In this document: one piece after another, positions 1 through 14,088 of the stretch | Numbering within the stretch: the first letter of the stretch is position 1 | How the letters are laid out: every line of letters begins with the position of its first letter | Assembly (NCBI GenBank): GCA_038496445.1 | Contig: JALMLS010000194.1 | Coordinates: 1-64,000, forward strand | Direction of reading: 5' to 3' | Origin: Trichosphaerium sp. ATCC 40318 | Taxonomy: Eukaryota; Protista; Tubulinea | DNA length: 64,000 nucleotides | Notes under the pieces: generated by a model | Database searches by the model: none | What the model was told of the DNA's origin: nothing | Seen by the model: the letters and a program-made list of their open reading frames with translations, nothing else | Position numbers and translations under genes: made by a program

Positions 1-2484
1 CGTTTTGGTACTACTGTTTTAGTGAGATACTTCAAGAGTTCTAATATATTTTTTTGTTGTAGTTCATCATAGCGTTCCTAAGAGTTATTGGTTAGACCTT
101 GATAATGTCCTGGATTGTTTTATTGAGGTACACACATTCAAGCCTTCTTAATTGTTTAGCCAATCTTCAGTGTTATGAGAAGTTTGTGGATGAGTAAAGC
201 GAACATCCCTTTATGAAGAAAAAACACCTTGAAACTTTGTCATTTTTACGTTTTTGCTTGACTATACTGACTTGTTGTAGGTTGAGCGTCTGCTTGATAT
301 AAGAAACGTAAGGGATTGGTATAACTGTAATAATTTTGATATAACAAAATTGGGTTGTGCAAGTGTTATAACGTGCGCAAATAGTTCCAAGTTTTTTTTT
401 ACTGGTTACTCTTGTCGGTTTCATCTATTTTTATATGTACTTATTAATATTTCTTAGCCAGTTTGGTTCTTCTTTACACTTGATTGTGAAGTATATGTAC
501 CCAGATCACGAATGGGTTCCTTGGAAGTTCAGTAAGGACCTATTTTATTTTTTCTTCAAAAAAAAACTGTTCTTCATAACGTCTCATTAAAACTCCTTTT
601 AGAGCAAGTGCCAAGAAATTTTTGGAATGATATTAACCACCACCGCGCTTTCTTACATTCAGTAAGTCAATCACGTGTTACACATTTTGTTTGAAGCCAA
701 AAGAAACGAGAAATTCCTCTTTCATTAAATGACATAAAATCGCTTTATCTACCCACGTGTTTTGAGTTCTAATACTTTATCAGGCTGCTGAATATCTTAA
801 TGTGAAATATCTAGATGATTGGTATGATATTACTGTAAATGATATGAGACGTGCTGGGGGTTGTATTGTAGGGTACAGTTAAAATTAGTTAAATTTTTTT
901 TGGGTTTTTTTTTCCGTTTTTGCAAGTATTTTTGTGTTATGTCTCACAATGATATTCCAGGGCAGCTAACCGGAAGCTACCACATATTTTACAATCCTTG
1001 TATCCTGATTATAAATGGAACTTGTCTAGGTTTAGGATTAGAACTCATGGTATGATCAAAAAAAACTAAAACAATCAAAAAAAACCACTTCTTGATTCCC
1101 AAAAGTTTACCTATCCCGAAACAAAGCCAACATCTCTTTGAAAACGAATTAACACCGTTGGCTTGTGTAGGGATTTTTTACTGTCCTTTTCGGTTGCAAG
1201 TTACTTTTATCAAAACTACAGCTTGTCCTTTACGACAATGTTGTTTTTTCTTTTCTTTTGTTCGTTTTGAACGAATTTTCTTGACTCTATGACAAGTTCA
1301 AAAAAAGCTTGTCACGTGTGCATTCTTTGTTTCTGATATTTTAAGCATGTGCTTTCTAGACTGACTTCTTTCCTTCAAAGATACACCGAGGAATTACTGG
1401 AGGGATACAGCCAATGTAAAAAGTTTTTAGAAAGTATTGCTGAGTCTCTAGAAGTGACGTCTCCAGCAGATTGGTATAGGGTTTCTCATACCAATTTGAA
1501 GAAATATGGAGGTTCTGGGCTAATAGCATACTGGCCGCAGATTTTACATAAAGTATATCCATTACACACTTGGAAAGATGTTGAGTTTTCTACACGAGAC
1601 AGAAGAACAACACAAGGGTATTTTTTGAAAATTTAAATTATATCCAAATCCGCTTGCACTTGGCCTATTGGACTTAATTTATTATGAACTAAAGCCTGTG
1701 TGCTATATTTTTTTAGAAGTTTAGAGGAGCTCGCTCTTTATTGTGAGGGAGACGAGGCTTTTGAAGTTTTTGGTCTTTTTTTTTTGTTCGAAAAAAACGC
1801 ATATTTTTTCTTTCTTTTAATGGCTGTTACTTGCGTTGGTACTGACATTTTTTCAAAGGATAATGGCACAAACGCTTAAAAAGATATTTCCAAACATGGA
1901 TATCATAGAAGAATACTACCTTGGACTTCGCGGAGACGCTGATAGAGCAGTTACGTTGGATGTATTTGTACCAGATGTCAATATCGCTTTGGAGTACATG
2001 GGCGAACAGCACTATATCGAATTTATTGGTGCGTACGGTCACGTACACCTACAAGAAGCTAGAGATGCTGAAAAAGTTCACAAGTGTAAAAAAATAGGTA
2101 CATACCAAGCTTCAAGTTCGTTTCTTGTTTTTTTTTTTTTCACACTCTCAACTTCTTTAATTTCAACGCTGGTATTGACTTGAATGACTTTATTTTTCAG
2201 GAGTTTCACTTATTCCTATTCCATTTTGGTGGGATACAGGTGATGTAGATAGCTTAATTTCAACAATTTTGTATTATAGGTAACAAACACGCTTTTCTTA
2301 TTATTTTCGTTGTCTTTTCAGTTTTTTTTTCTTGTGCTTTTCAAAAACCGTTATTTCTTCCTTTTCTCTTTCTGCTTACAGGATTTTTTCTAGACCAGAT
2401 ATTAAGCTACCAAAACCTGATGTTAGTCCGTTATTAGAAATACCGGAAAAATCAAAGAAGGAGATTTTTGGAAGTACGTTGTAG
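1..2484 (+). CDS. Multi-exon protein (5' end outside window) with Trp-rich helical repeats and a C-terminal PD-(D/E)XK/RAP-like nuclease-fold domain
   Basis: Spliced exons give repeats like YPDHEWVPWKF..VPRNFWND..HRAFL..AAEYLNVKYLDDWYDI...GG and ..DWYRVS..LKKYGG..YP.HTW. C-terminus TLDVFVPDVNIALEYMGEQHY...RDAEK..CKKIGVSLIPIPFWWD. Stop TAG at 2482-2484. Confidence 0.65.
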
Positions 2485-3366
2485 GAAGAGCAAACCGACT
2501 TTCGTCAACTATCCAGTTTGCTTTTTTTTTTCTTTGACATGACATTTGTTGGGGATTCACTGCTCACTTCTCTGTTTAGTTGTAGCAATATCAAAGCTCA
2601 TGAGTGCTAATTCATTTGCCTCTTTTGAAGACAGTGTACATATGTGATAAAAAGTATCAGCTTGATTTGATTGTCAAGCTATCATTTATTTGTGGTCAAT
2701 CAAGGTTAACTTGGATAATTGATAGTGCTTAGAACAGTGTTAGGAACTAGAGCTGTGCTTCATTTTTCCTGTTTACTCGCTCATTGCGCTCAATAGTTTG
2801 ATATTAGGCCTAGTGATAGAGTCCTATTAGCTTCTTAATAGCTAAGCCAATAAGACGAAAATAATAAACTCAATAAGGCTGTAATGAAAATCGTGTTTTA
2901 GGAGGAGTTTGGTAAACAAAGAACAAAACAGGATTTTTTACTGCAAAGGATTTTTAGTGTTTTTATGAGCTGGTAGCAGCTCGTACATACACCGAATATT
3001 GTCTTTTGGAAATAGCTTATTGTATTTATTTGTATCATCACAGGGAGCAATAAAGCATTGTTCATGCCTCTGCCTAGCTGTGCACCTCTGTGTGATCACT
3101 TTGGAAAGAGTGTATATGCCTTTAACTGTTACTGTGGCCATGAACCAGTGCTCATGTAACAGCAAACAGACTGTTTGAAACATACCAAGGAACACATATG
3201 GTGGTTGGAAGCTATCCAAGGGCAATAGCTTCTATAGGTGGAACCAAATAATAGTAAAACATTTTATGCTTCTAACTGAGTTTTATTTGTTCAACACTAC
3301 AATTGTTCATTTATTTTCCCTTCATTCTATTCATGTTAAACGGTTTTTATCAAATGGTGCTGAGTT

Positions 3367-5408
3367 TTAAAGAGTGTTGTTGTTCTTTGCTTTGATGATT
3401 TTAATACGTTCCCTCAAGCTGAATCCAAGATCTATCAGCACATCTTTATCAATTTCATCAATTGTTGCGCCTGCATCGTTCATCAATGATCCAAGTTCTT
3501 GAGCTCTTTGATTTGCGATACCCAACTTCATCAATATTGACTTCCAATCAGTTTCAACATTTAGAACTGATTGATTCTCATGTGGTACACCGAAATGTGA
3601 CTAAAAAATCGCCATTAATAACAACTGTGTTACAACAAGAAGAAAGAAGCAAAGTCGTGGAAGTGTACCTTGTTCTTTATGTCAACAGAAACATTTGGTT
3701 TATTGAGCCATGATTGTCGACTTAGGTTGTCAGATGAAGCGGAGCTGCTTCTAAAATCGTCACCAGGTGCTGGACTCTGATAAGACGATTTCTTTGGTGA
3801 TGAAGAGTTGTTGGCTATGTCATGCTGTGGCATACTATTTTCCTCTAATTCATAATACTAGGAACCAATTAGTTGTAACATTCATCTCACATGTGCGGTA
3901 TTTTATAAAGCAAATGGTACCTCATTGTTGGCTTCAACAGATACATTTGGTTTATTGCTCCAGGATTGTTGATTTAACACTTGGTTGTTTGATAATGTTT
4001 CATCAACTATCAGACTATACTTGCGTTGGTTGCACTCCTACAAATGTCAGTAAGTTGTTCACCTTATAGTGAGACGTACAGAGTTATTTTGTTGCTGTAT
4101 GTTCAAGCCTTCAAGTGCATCTTGAATCATGTCAAGGTGTTCAGTAGTATCTCCAAATTTGGTGTAGTCATGACTGGGATCAATCACAGCTTTTGACAAG
4201 TACTTATCTTTTCGGTCTTCTTTTAACTCTGCATTCATTGCTTTCACAGCATCATCGTTTTTATCTTTTATTGTTACTTTATTGGCTGGTTTAAAGTGCT
4301 TGTAGATTGTCAGACAGAAAGAAAGACAAATAAGATTTCAAAGTACCTTTTCATAATTGGTGAATGTTAACTTTTGTGGTGTTGATTGACCAAAATCATT
4401 ATTTCCACCTGTGACCAACTGAAAGTCATGAGATATTGCCAAGTAATGACGTCGTTTATTGGCAAACTCAAGATATTTTCCAGGTAATTTTAATGGTTTG
4501 TTTGATGAGAACGAATCAATCCATTTTCCATAACCCCAACCAAACAAACAACCTTCATCATCAATCGCAAATGATGACCAGTAACCAGCATGTACAGATT
4601 TGATGTTATTGAGTCCTTTGATGATACCCTGGCCATAATCGTAATCATCAATACCCAACCCAAGACACCCTTTGAAGTTGTGTCCAAAAGAAAATACTTG
4701 TCCTGACTTGAGGAGAACAAGTACATACGCAGTACCAATGGCAATATCAGTGGCATCATCAATACTTGGAACACGTGAAATTGTCTTTGGATTCAAGAAT
4801 AATGATTTATCTATCGCTTCATGGTCTCTTTGAAACATATCTTTTCCCCAAAGAAAGACATGACCTGTTGATGTCATTGCTCCACTTACAAACACATTAG
4901 TTTGAATTTTTTGAACATTTTGAAGATTTGGAATAACCGCTGGTGATGAAACTTTCAACTTGTTGAATGAATGACCCAATCCTTGATATTCGTTGTCTCC
5001 CCAAGAGTAGACATGACCTGATTTTGATAATGCCATACTCGCACGATAGGCAGAGACTTTCGTGATATTGTTGAGATTTGGAACACGTGTTGGTGACGAA
5101 ACAGGTGACGCAAAGTCACCCAGACCCAATGACCCATATGAATTACAGCCCCATGCATACACAATACCGTTTGAATCAACTGCAAGGCTATGAAACCGTC
5201 CAGCAGCAATACAGACGATATTTATGAGTGATTTTATTGGTCTTGCGATAGAACTCTTTTTTTCGTCTGTGTTACCCAATTGGCGGTAATTGTTTCGTCC
5301 CCACGTGTAAACAAAGCCATCGTCTGCGATTACCATTGAATGTTCGTAACCAGTGGCCAAACGATTAACATATTGTAAATTAACCGACGAAGATTGTGGC
5401 TCTGCCAT
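3367..5408 (-). CDS. RCC1-repeat propeller + linker + SAM-like domain protein, copy A
   Basis: ATG 5408 (MAEPQSS). RCC1 repeats (GxxHS..., WGxNxxGxLG). Donor AAG|GTACTT. Last exon DWKSILMKLGIANQRAQELGSLMND...VLIDLGFSLRERIKIIKAK; TAA at 3367. Has extra linker exons around 3670-4030. Confidence 0.85.
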
Positions 5409-5611
5409 TAAAGGTGCGTAATGTTCAAATTGATATAAAATTTTGATAGCCAAATCTCAACTGTAACAATACGCAAATTGACTGCCGTAGTTAGCGGTTC
5501 TCCCATAACTCACGTAAAATCGTAATATTGAAGTTTAGACTACGTGTAGCAAAACGGTTTGCCAACTGGTGTTTTGCTTGACAAATCCAGCATCAAAATA
5601 TTCGCTTGTTT

Positions 5612-7999
5612 ATGAAACGTTTTGTTGCTCTTCTGTTGGCGTACATAGCGGTAATAGTATTGTCGAAGCATCCAAACGATAGCTACCACATCAGATTTGT
5701 TACAAATACCCCACACTCCAAGAAATGCACGATTGTAGTTGAGGAGTACGTACCAAAGTATCGTGGGTTCGTAAAAGAAAAAAAATTTAACTTGGAATCT
5801 TCACCTCAAATTATTTCTCATGATACTGGCGTAAATGGAGGTAAAGTGTATGAGCTCTATGCTACGACAAAGCATATTGCCACAAGAGTACTTCACAGGG
5901 AGTGTAAAGTTGTTAAACGCCCAGCAAAGGTAAAAAACTAAAAAAACCTACAAACTCAACTTTTTTTTTTGTTAATCACGTGTATTCTCTAGGTTTCGCT
6001 CGAACAGAATGCAGATGAAGTTATTCCAATTGTTGAAACTGGAGAGCCGTCGAATAGAATAGATTTAGTTTTTATGGGTGATGGGTATACACAGAGCGAA
6101 CGTGAAGAAATGCTAGATGATATGAAACGTCTTGTACGCTTCAAAATTAATAACTTTCGTCTTTTTTTTCAAATTGTTGGTCACGTGACAATTTTGTAGA
6201 TTGATGATATGTTCAATGGCGTTACTTTCGCCGATTATCTTCCTCTTTTTAATGTTTGGGTTGTATTTAGACCAAGTGTTGAGTCAGGCATTGGCGTTGG
6301 TAACTAAAACAAAGATTCTCTTTTGATACCCTAACTAAATCTTCCTCAAAAGGTGGAAAACCATTGAACACAGCGTTTGGATTATATAGATCTGGAACAG
6401 AACTCAGAGGTGTTTACACATCCAAAGCTAGTGTACGTTTTAATAAATGACATTGTGAAGAAGTTACTAATAGTTCTATCAACCAAAGGCAGCCAGAGAC
6501 GCTTGTAAGCAGACAGGGCCACAAGCTTGCGATTACCCTACTTTGATTGGAAACTCTCCTTACTACGGTGGCCTCGGTGGTGAATTTGCGATATCTACTG
6601 AATCTCCTACTTCTGGTACTATTGTACTTCGCCATGAACTCGGTCACAACTTTGGTAAAGTTGGTACGGACTTCTAGAGCAAAAAGCAGTTGTAACATGA
6701 CACTTCATAGGCGAGGAGTATGATGGTGGATCTGCCTACAATGGCGCCAATTACGCTTCGTCTCTTACTCAAGCAGCCTCTAAATGGGGTCATTGGTTAA
6801 CTGATAGACCTCCAGTAGTCGCACAAGATGCTCAGTTGAGACTTCAAGCAAGTAACCCTTTTTGTACTTTCAAAGTTTTTTCTGATTTTTGTTTTTTAGG
6901 CTTACCCTTGGTATTTGCTTAAAGGAGGTCCTATAAGTTATAAGTTTGAATCAAATGGACAGTATAAACGATGGCTATTAGATTTTACTATTTCTGGATG
7001 TCCTGAAGAAGGTAAGGCTCACTAATTTGTTTCTGGTTTTTTGTGTCGGCTAAAGTTGGTTCAAAAACTAGATTCTCTTATTGTGCTCTTTGATGGTGAA
7101 CCACTCGATTGGAAGTCACATGGTGAAGACGACAGAACGTTTTATCAGTACGAGGGATCCGAAGGATTCTCTTCTGGTGAACATACCTTAGAATTCAAGC
7201 AGGGTAACCAAACACTAAAAAAACCTTTCCTTTCGTTTTTATGACTTTCATAGCGTACCCTGGTTCTGGGCCAATTGAACGTCAACTGTGCTCTCTGACA
7301 CTTCATGAATACATGGACGCACCTCAGTTCCACTGGGAAGATTATATTGGAGCATACAAGACATACCGCCTTGGAAATACGTTGGCAGGATACAGACCTA
7401 TGAACGAGTATTGTCTCATGCGCAATATGAGTTCTCCACATTTCTGTCCTGTTGATGTTGAGAATATGTAAGTAGTACCATGTCACTTTAATGATTTTGT
7501 TGACACGTGTTCATGATATTTAGGTGGCTTCGTTTCTTTGCTGTAGTGAACTTGATTGATGATATTGAAGCTGATTGTGGCACTGCAGATATTACTGTTA
7601 CAGCTAAAGTAGTTCAAGTGGCTCAGTTCCGTAAAGAGAAAAACAATCACAATGAAGAACTTACTATCACGTGGACACGAAATGGTCAGCCGTACCCAGC
7701 TTTTGATGGCATGTTTACTGTACGCTTTTCCATATTTTAAAACAACCAAGAAGTCCAACAGAACAACAAAACATTAACGTCTGAAACGATTTTTGAATGT
7801 TGTTTTCCTTTCTTTGTCTGACTTTATGAAATAGTGGACAGCTCCTAGAAATACTGCTGTGGCCACATGGCATGCTACAGTTGTATTCAAGACTGATCAA
7901 ATAAGGAGTGATCCTAATAACCTCACAGTATTCACAAAGGAAAAAGTTGTTTCTTTCTCAGACGATTGTAATAATAGCATTGCTGCCTACAGGGTTTAA
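5612..7999 (+). CDS. Secreted M64 family (IgA peptidase-like) zinc metallopeptidase, multi-exon
   Basis: Signal peptide MKRFVALLLAYIAVIVLS; NRIDLVFMGDGYT motif; HELGHNFG..GEEYDGG zinc motif near 6633-6730; CLMR...FCPV. Includes a GC-AG intron near 6848. Confidence 0.85.
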
Positions 8000-10725
8000 A
8001 TAGATTGCATTTTAGTATTAAAAAGCATCTTGATTGTACGAAAACAGCTTGTATGATACCACAAAATATTATTCTAAAGATATCTCTATACGCTGAATAA
8101 GCCAAACTCACTGTTATTAATTAAAAGCTTCCGGAATCATCTCCGCTGTTCTTTTATAGTGCTACTGTGCTGTTTCTAGCAGTGGCGAAAATGCAAAAAA
8201 TATGCATCTAAATGGGCATGGATGTTAGCCTTTTTTATAAAAATGCAAAAACATTTTACCTTAATCTCTCGTGTAGAGGTGTCTTACTACTTACCTGTCA
8301 AACTCAAAAAACCCTTTAAGAAATACTGGCTACTTACTAAACTCAAAAAAGAACGTGTAGACAGGTTAGCGTGCCCAAGAGTTGCTTTGGAATCTCTTGG
8401 AAAAAATTAACTTTTTGGGGTATTGCCGTTTGGCTTTGGAAGCTTTGCTATGAGTTAAGCCTCAATTGTAAGGTGCCTCTGTGGTTGCTTAAAAAAGGTA
8501 AAATAAAACAATGTACACTTGCATATTGTAAAACGATGTGGTATATGCTGTGCTTCCATACGAGTTGCATTTTTTACTATCCAAAATGAGATAATTCCAG
8601 GAATAGACTAAAGTAATGCTGTAGTATTATTGTTGGTTCTAAAGGGAGTCATGAATAGCAAGCACGTGCCTTATTTACTACTATTGGATTTGGGCTGCCA
8701 AAGCACAGACTTGGCCATATTTGTTTGGAAGTAGAGAAGTAGAACTAGACACATCAACTTTAGTATCTCGTTAGTCTGTTACACCTAAAATTAAGTGTCA
8801 AATACTAGTAGTTAAAACCCAATTGATTATTTAGTGCAAAGCATACATGCGTATGTGCTTCTTCGAGTACCAGGCAGAGTTACTTGTTTTCCACTTCAGA
8901 TTGCACTCAAATAGTGTAGCATGTCAAAGGTATCATAACATATCACCACTACCAGTTGCAATCTGTGTTCTATTTCAACATGTTAGAGTTGGGCTTATAA
9001 TTGTCCATCTGAGATTGAGATTGCGGTTGGTTAACATGTACTTGTAGATGCCCTTTCCTTGCTGATAAGCGATTGTTCTGAGTTTGTGTACTGGAGGGCA
9101 ACAAACATTAGTACATAACAACAAGGTTAAGCAAGGGAGATAGGGGTGAGATAATACACAGGGTAACTGCAACACTAGCATGAAATAAGCAAAAAACCTA
9201 AAAATAAGTGGGTGCGCTATTAGATGGATATAGGGTTGGGGTTAATAACTGCCCGTAGAAATAAGCCTTTGTCTACCACTACATCATTTTCTTCTTCCTC
9301 CACCTCTTTCTTAGTCATAAGGCGGTGTCTTGTTTTGGGAAGTTGATTTACTACTACTGCTACCTCTGAGAACTCAGAGTGCCGGTTCTTCTAATAAGCT
9401 TGTGCTTAGGTTGTTTGCCTGTTCAGAAAATTGTTAGTGTTTGATGTTTGTAGTCTCTACAGGGACAAAAATGAGCGCTAACCATAGCACTAGATTTATG
9501 TGATTGATACTAAACGAAAACAAAATAGATTGACAACTAGATGGCACAGTACCTCTATTAGACACTGTCAAAGCTCTCCTTTTCGCATATAACTGTAGTT
9601 TTGGTACAAGTCCTCAAAATCGATACAATTCCATGTTAGAGCACTGCAATATGACGATATTTAAAAACTTTTTTACCTTGTTGTTACTTACCTTCTACTT
9701 CCTCTATTTCGGCTGAAACCTGTCTGTGCCTATTCAAAACATTCTCAAACACCTCTTTGGGTTGCTTGATGCCCTTTTCAAATTCCACTCGGCCTTTGTA
9801 GTCACTAGAAAGAAGAGTGAGTGAGATTTAATTTGATTAACAAGATGGTGTTATGTTGTTTAGAAAGGTAAATACTAATGCTAGCACTAGATTAATACTT
9901 ACTTGACATTCTACATGTCAAAGAACAACTTCAACATTTGAAAATGTCAAGTGTTGTGCCAGGTGATGTGTCTGGATGGCAAGTCACATTTTTCACAGAG
10001 AATACGAATGACCAGAAACTTGAAAACCAGGCGTCAAAAATAGACAATACAGTTTAAAGACTGCAAACCCCGGTACACAGCATCTTAATCGCATATATAA
10101 CCATTCAATCTAACAAGAGCCCGTTTAATAGCATCTGTTACAAATTTACGTTGTGGTGCTAATTGGGAAGCTTGAAGTAGATGTGTTACCTAGTTGACGC
10201 ATAAGCGTGTTTGGCATACTATTCCGCAGAATTATAATTCAACAGGTAGGCAGTTTACCTTATTTAGCGTTTTCACTTCTGTAGGTTTGTGTAATAGTGT
10301 TTCAGAGCTGCTTAGACCCAAACCATAGCAAAAAATTCCCGTTTGACGGACTTAGAACTGATAAAATATGGAACACGTGCGAACCACAAACCGTTTTTTT
10401 AATTCTCTATATTATGAGCTGTACTTACAGTTGGTGGTTCTGCAGTATGTTGTAAGTTGGTTGACACTATTCGGAGCGTCAGAAATCCCCTTTTAGCTAT
10501 TCAGCGCACAGAGATATCACGTGATTGAATATTTTTTTTTTGTGTTGGCAAACAGCTGGTAATATAAGCGACCGAAATTGTTTGTTAACTGTTTTGATAA
10601 TACGATTGATTTACTTGTACTTAGCGAATTTATTGAAAAGGTTTTTGTGTACAATACAAGTATTCTGACTAATTTGCTATGCTAATTCATCAAAGGTCAG
10701 GCCTTCAGTAACAATGATGTTCTGT

Positions 10726-12492
10726 TTATAGCATTTTGTTTTCCTTTGCTTTTATGACTTTGATACGCTCAATCACATTGAATCCAAGCTCTTCTAACAC
10801 TTCAGGAATGATTTCACTTTTCTTGATGGCTGCTTTGTTCATCAACGATCCAAGTTCTTGTGCTCTTTTACTCGAAATACCCAACCTCAACAATGTTGAT
10901 TTCCAATCATATTTGGGAGTAGCGACTGATTGATTCTCCTGAGGTGGACAGAACTCCGACTAAATGAACAAAATTAAATGTGAAGAAAATAAAATTAAAA
11001 CGAGACACCTTTGTGTTAGCGACTGAAACATGAGGCTTGTCATTCCATGATTGTTCAGATAAAAGTGACGTGTTGTAGTTTGATGAAACAGGGCGAACAT
11101 TTGAGGTGTCTTCATCAAGTGACAAGCTATGATTGTCAACCTAAAATACCATGTGAGATATGTATCGCTTATTTTCTGATACTTACATTGTTGATGTATT
11201 CATCTCGATTTTGGTGTATTTTAAAGGCTTCAAGGGCATCTTGAATGATATTAAGGTGATCAGGAGCATCTCCAAACTTGGTGTAATCACGATTGGGATC
11301 AACCACAGTTTTTGACAAGTACTTATCTTTTCTGTCTTCTTTTAACTCTGCATTCATTGCTTTCACAGCATCATTGTTTTTATCTTTTGCGATTACTTTA
11401 TTGGCTGGTTTAAAGTGCTTGTAGATTGTCAGACAAAAAGAAAGACAAATAAGATTTCAAAGTACCTTTTCATAATTGGTGAATGTTAACTTTTGTCGTG
11501 TTGATTCACCATAATTATTATATCCACCTGTGACCAACTGAAGGTCATGAGATATTGCCAAGTAATGAAATCGTTTATTGGCAAAATTTTAATGGTTTGT
11601 TTGATGAGAACGAATCAATCCATTCCCCTTCACCCCAACCAAACAAACAACCTTCATCATCAATGACAAATGATGTCCAGTAACCAGCATGTACAGATTT
11701 GATGTTATTGAGTCCTTTGATGATACCCTGGCCATACTCGTCATCAATACCCAACCCAAGACGCCCATTGTAGTTGTGTCCAAAAGAAAATACTTGTCCT
11801 GACTTGAGGAGAACAAGTACATGACTAAAACCAATGGCAATATCAGTGGCATCATCAATACTTGGAACACGTGAAATTGTCTTTGGATTCAAGAATAATG
11901 ATTTATCTATCGCTTCATGATCTGTTGTTCCCCAAAGAAATACATGACCTGTTGATGTCATTGCTCCACTTACACACGTGTTAGTTTGAATTTTTTGAAC
12001 ATTTTGAAGATTTGGAATAACCGCTGGTGATGAAACTTTTGAATTGTCGAATGAATGACCCAATCCTTGATCTCTGTTGTTTCCCCAAGAGTAGACATGA
12101 CCTGATTTTGATAATGCCATACTCACATGATAGGCAGAGACGTTCGTGATATTGTTGAGATTTGGAACACGTGTTGGTGACGAAACACGTGACGCAAAGT
12201 GACCCAGACCCAATTCACCTCGGTTATTACAGCCCCATGCATACACAATACCGTTTGAATCAACTGCAAGGCTATGTTCGTATCCAACAGCAATACAGAC
12301 GATATTTATGAGTGATTTTATTGGTCTTGCGATAGAATTCGTATTTTCGTCTGTATTACCCAATTGACGGTAATAGTTTTGTCCCCATGTGTAAACAAAG
12401 CCATCGTCTGCGATTACCATTGAATGTTCACTACCAGTGGCCAAACGGTTAACATATTGTAAATTAACCGACGAAGTTTGAGGTTCTGCCAT
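10726..12492 (-). pseudogene. RCC1-linker-SAM copy B, frameshifted by a 20-bp deletion in the last RCC1 repeat
   Basis: Same exon set as copy D, but CTCAAGATATTTTCCAGGTA (+ strand) is missing at ~11585, giving a premature stop (..PLKFCQ*). Downstream exons and SAM exon remain intact. Confidence 0.8.
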
Positions 12493-12559
12493 AACCACGC
12501 AATACTGCAAAAGAAATTCGGCGACAAATTGCCAGCTCTTTAAATTTTTTTTCGCGAAG

Positions 12560-13598
12560 ATGCCTTCATCTACTTTCTACGCGTTTTTATTGCTATTGGC
12601 AGTATGTACCTGTGTCATAAATGCTCAAGGGGATTGTTTTTATCATTGCCCGAAAGGAAAGCTAAAACTCAATGCTAAGTAATTCTAACAGCGAATAGGC
12701 AGCGTTAAGATGGTAAATACAAAACACACGCCCACAGCCAATGGATGTGGTGCAATGGGCATACAAGTACGTAAGCGCATCATTTTTAGCGTCTAGATGA
12801 TGTTTTAAGCGTTGTTTATTGATAATCAAGTAAAGTAGCATTAAAGAGCGCTGATTCCCTTCTAGGTATCATCCAAGTTCGATTTTACAAGCTGTTGCAA
12901 CCGTCATGATTATTGTTACGATACATGCAGAAAAGACAAAAAAAAGTGTGATGACGCATTCCACGTACGCTAAGAGATGCAGTGGTTATTTTTTTGTGCT
13001 TCAATCGCGTTTCATGTGCTATTTGAACAAAAAACCGCTCAAAACTGATCAAACAACGCATGAAATCGAATTAAATGCTTCTTTATTGTCTTTCTTGTCT
13101 AACTTCTTTTTTTTCTGTAGCAATGCATGCAAACGCACTGTAGAAAACAATACAAAGCGACTCTCAACATAAATGAATGTTTGGGAATGGTACGAAGTCG
13201 CTTTTTAAACCTCAGCGTCCGTTTTCACAAAAAGTGACGATTTCTCTTTTTTTCAAAAAAACAATTTTTTATGGTGTTCCTACGTACTCCAAGGCCCAAA
13301 GGACTTTGTATTACTATAAAACAACTATTTATAAATCTATTCCATACATTACTGGATTTGTTTGACGGTCATGAGAGGAGATAGGCTTTTTTTACTTTTT
13401 TCTTTTTTTATTCTTATTTTTTTTTTTCTTTAGGCCAAAACGTACTACAGTGGTACTCTCATTTTCGGATGTACTCCATTCTTGGAAAGTCAACAAAACG
13501 CTTGCACGTGTGTTAAGAAAAAGCCAAAAGATTATGATGCTAAACAAGCTGCAAAGAAATCAAAAAAAGCGAAAGACAAGCCAAAGTACGAGCTTTAA
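12560..13598 (+). CDS. Group XII-like secreted phospholipase A2, multi-exon
   Basis: Signal peptide; PTANGCG; FTSCCNRHDYCYDTC catalytic His-Asp motif; CDDAF; FGCTPFLESQQNAC; C-terminal KYEL (KDEL-like). Confidence 0.8.
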
Positions 13599-14088
13599 AA
13601 AAAAAATAATAAACATTCCATTCTCGTACATACCTTCAAGCTTGTTTTCAATGTGTATAGCTTTTGCTAGAAGACTTTCTTTGTCATCATGAAACCACTT
13701 AACCAAACCACAACATTCAACTTTACAGCAATACTATTGCTTGAATACTAAAACGCCTTGCTTGTACTGACCTTGAAGCACTTCTTCCTCGCTGTATGTC
13801 CAAATATCTCTATGTATCGTGTATTTACCATCAAGCCTCGTTCTTATAGTTATTCACAAATAGAGTCTCTCACCTCTCTTCTTTTCTCCTAAAACTCACC
13901 TTCGCTTTTATTGTTGTTGTACCATCCTTCCCATGTTCTAATGTCATTTGTTATCATGCCTTCTCTACGTGATTTAATGTATTTAAACTCTTCCATGTCA
14001 TGTATTACATATTTTGATGTTAATTAGACGCCACAATAATGCTGTAGCTACACATTTGATACTAACTAAAGGGAGGTTTATTGAACGT

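Noticed and set aside
8000-10570. Possible decayed gene or transposase on the minus strand (exon-like block ~9690-9805)
   Set aside because: Multiple stops and no recognisable motif; a call cannot be supported.
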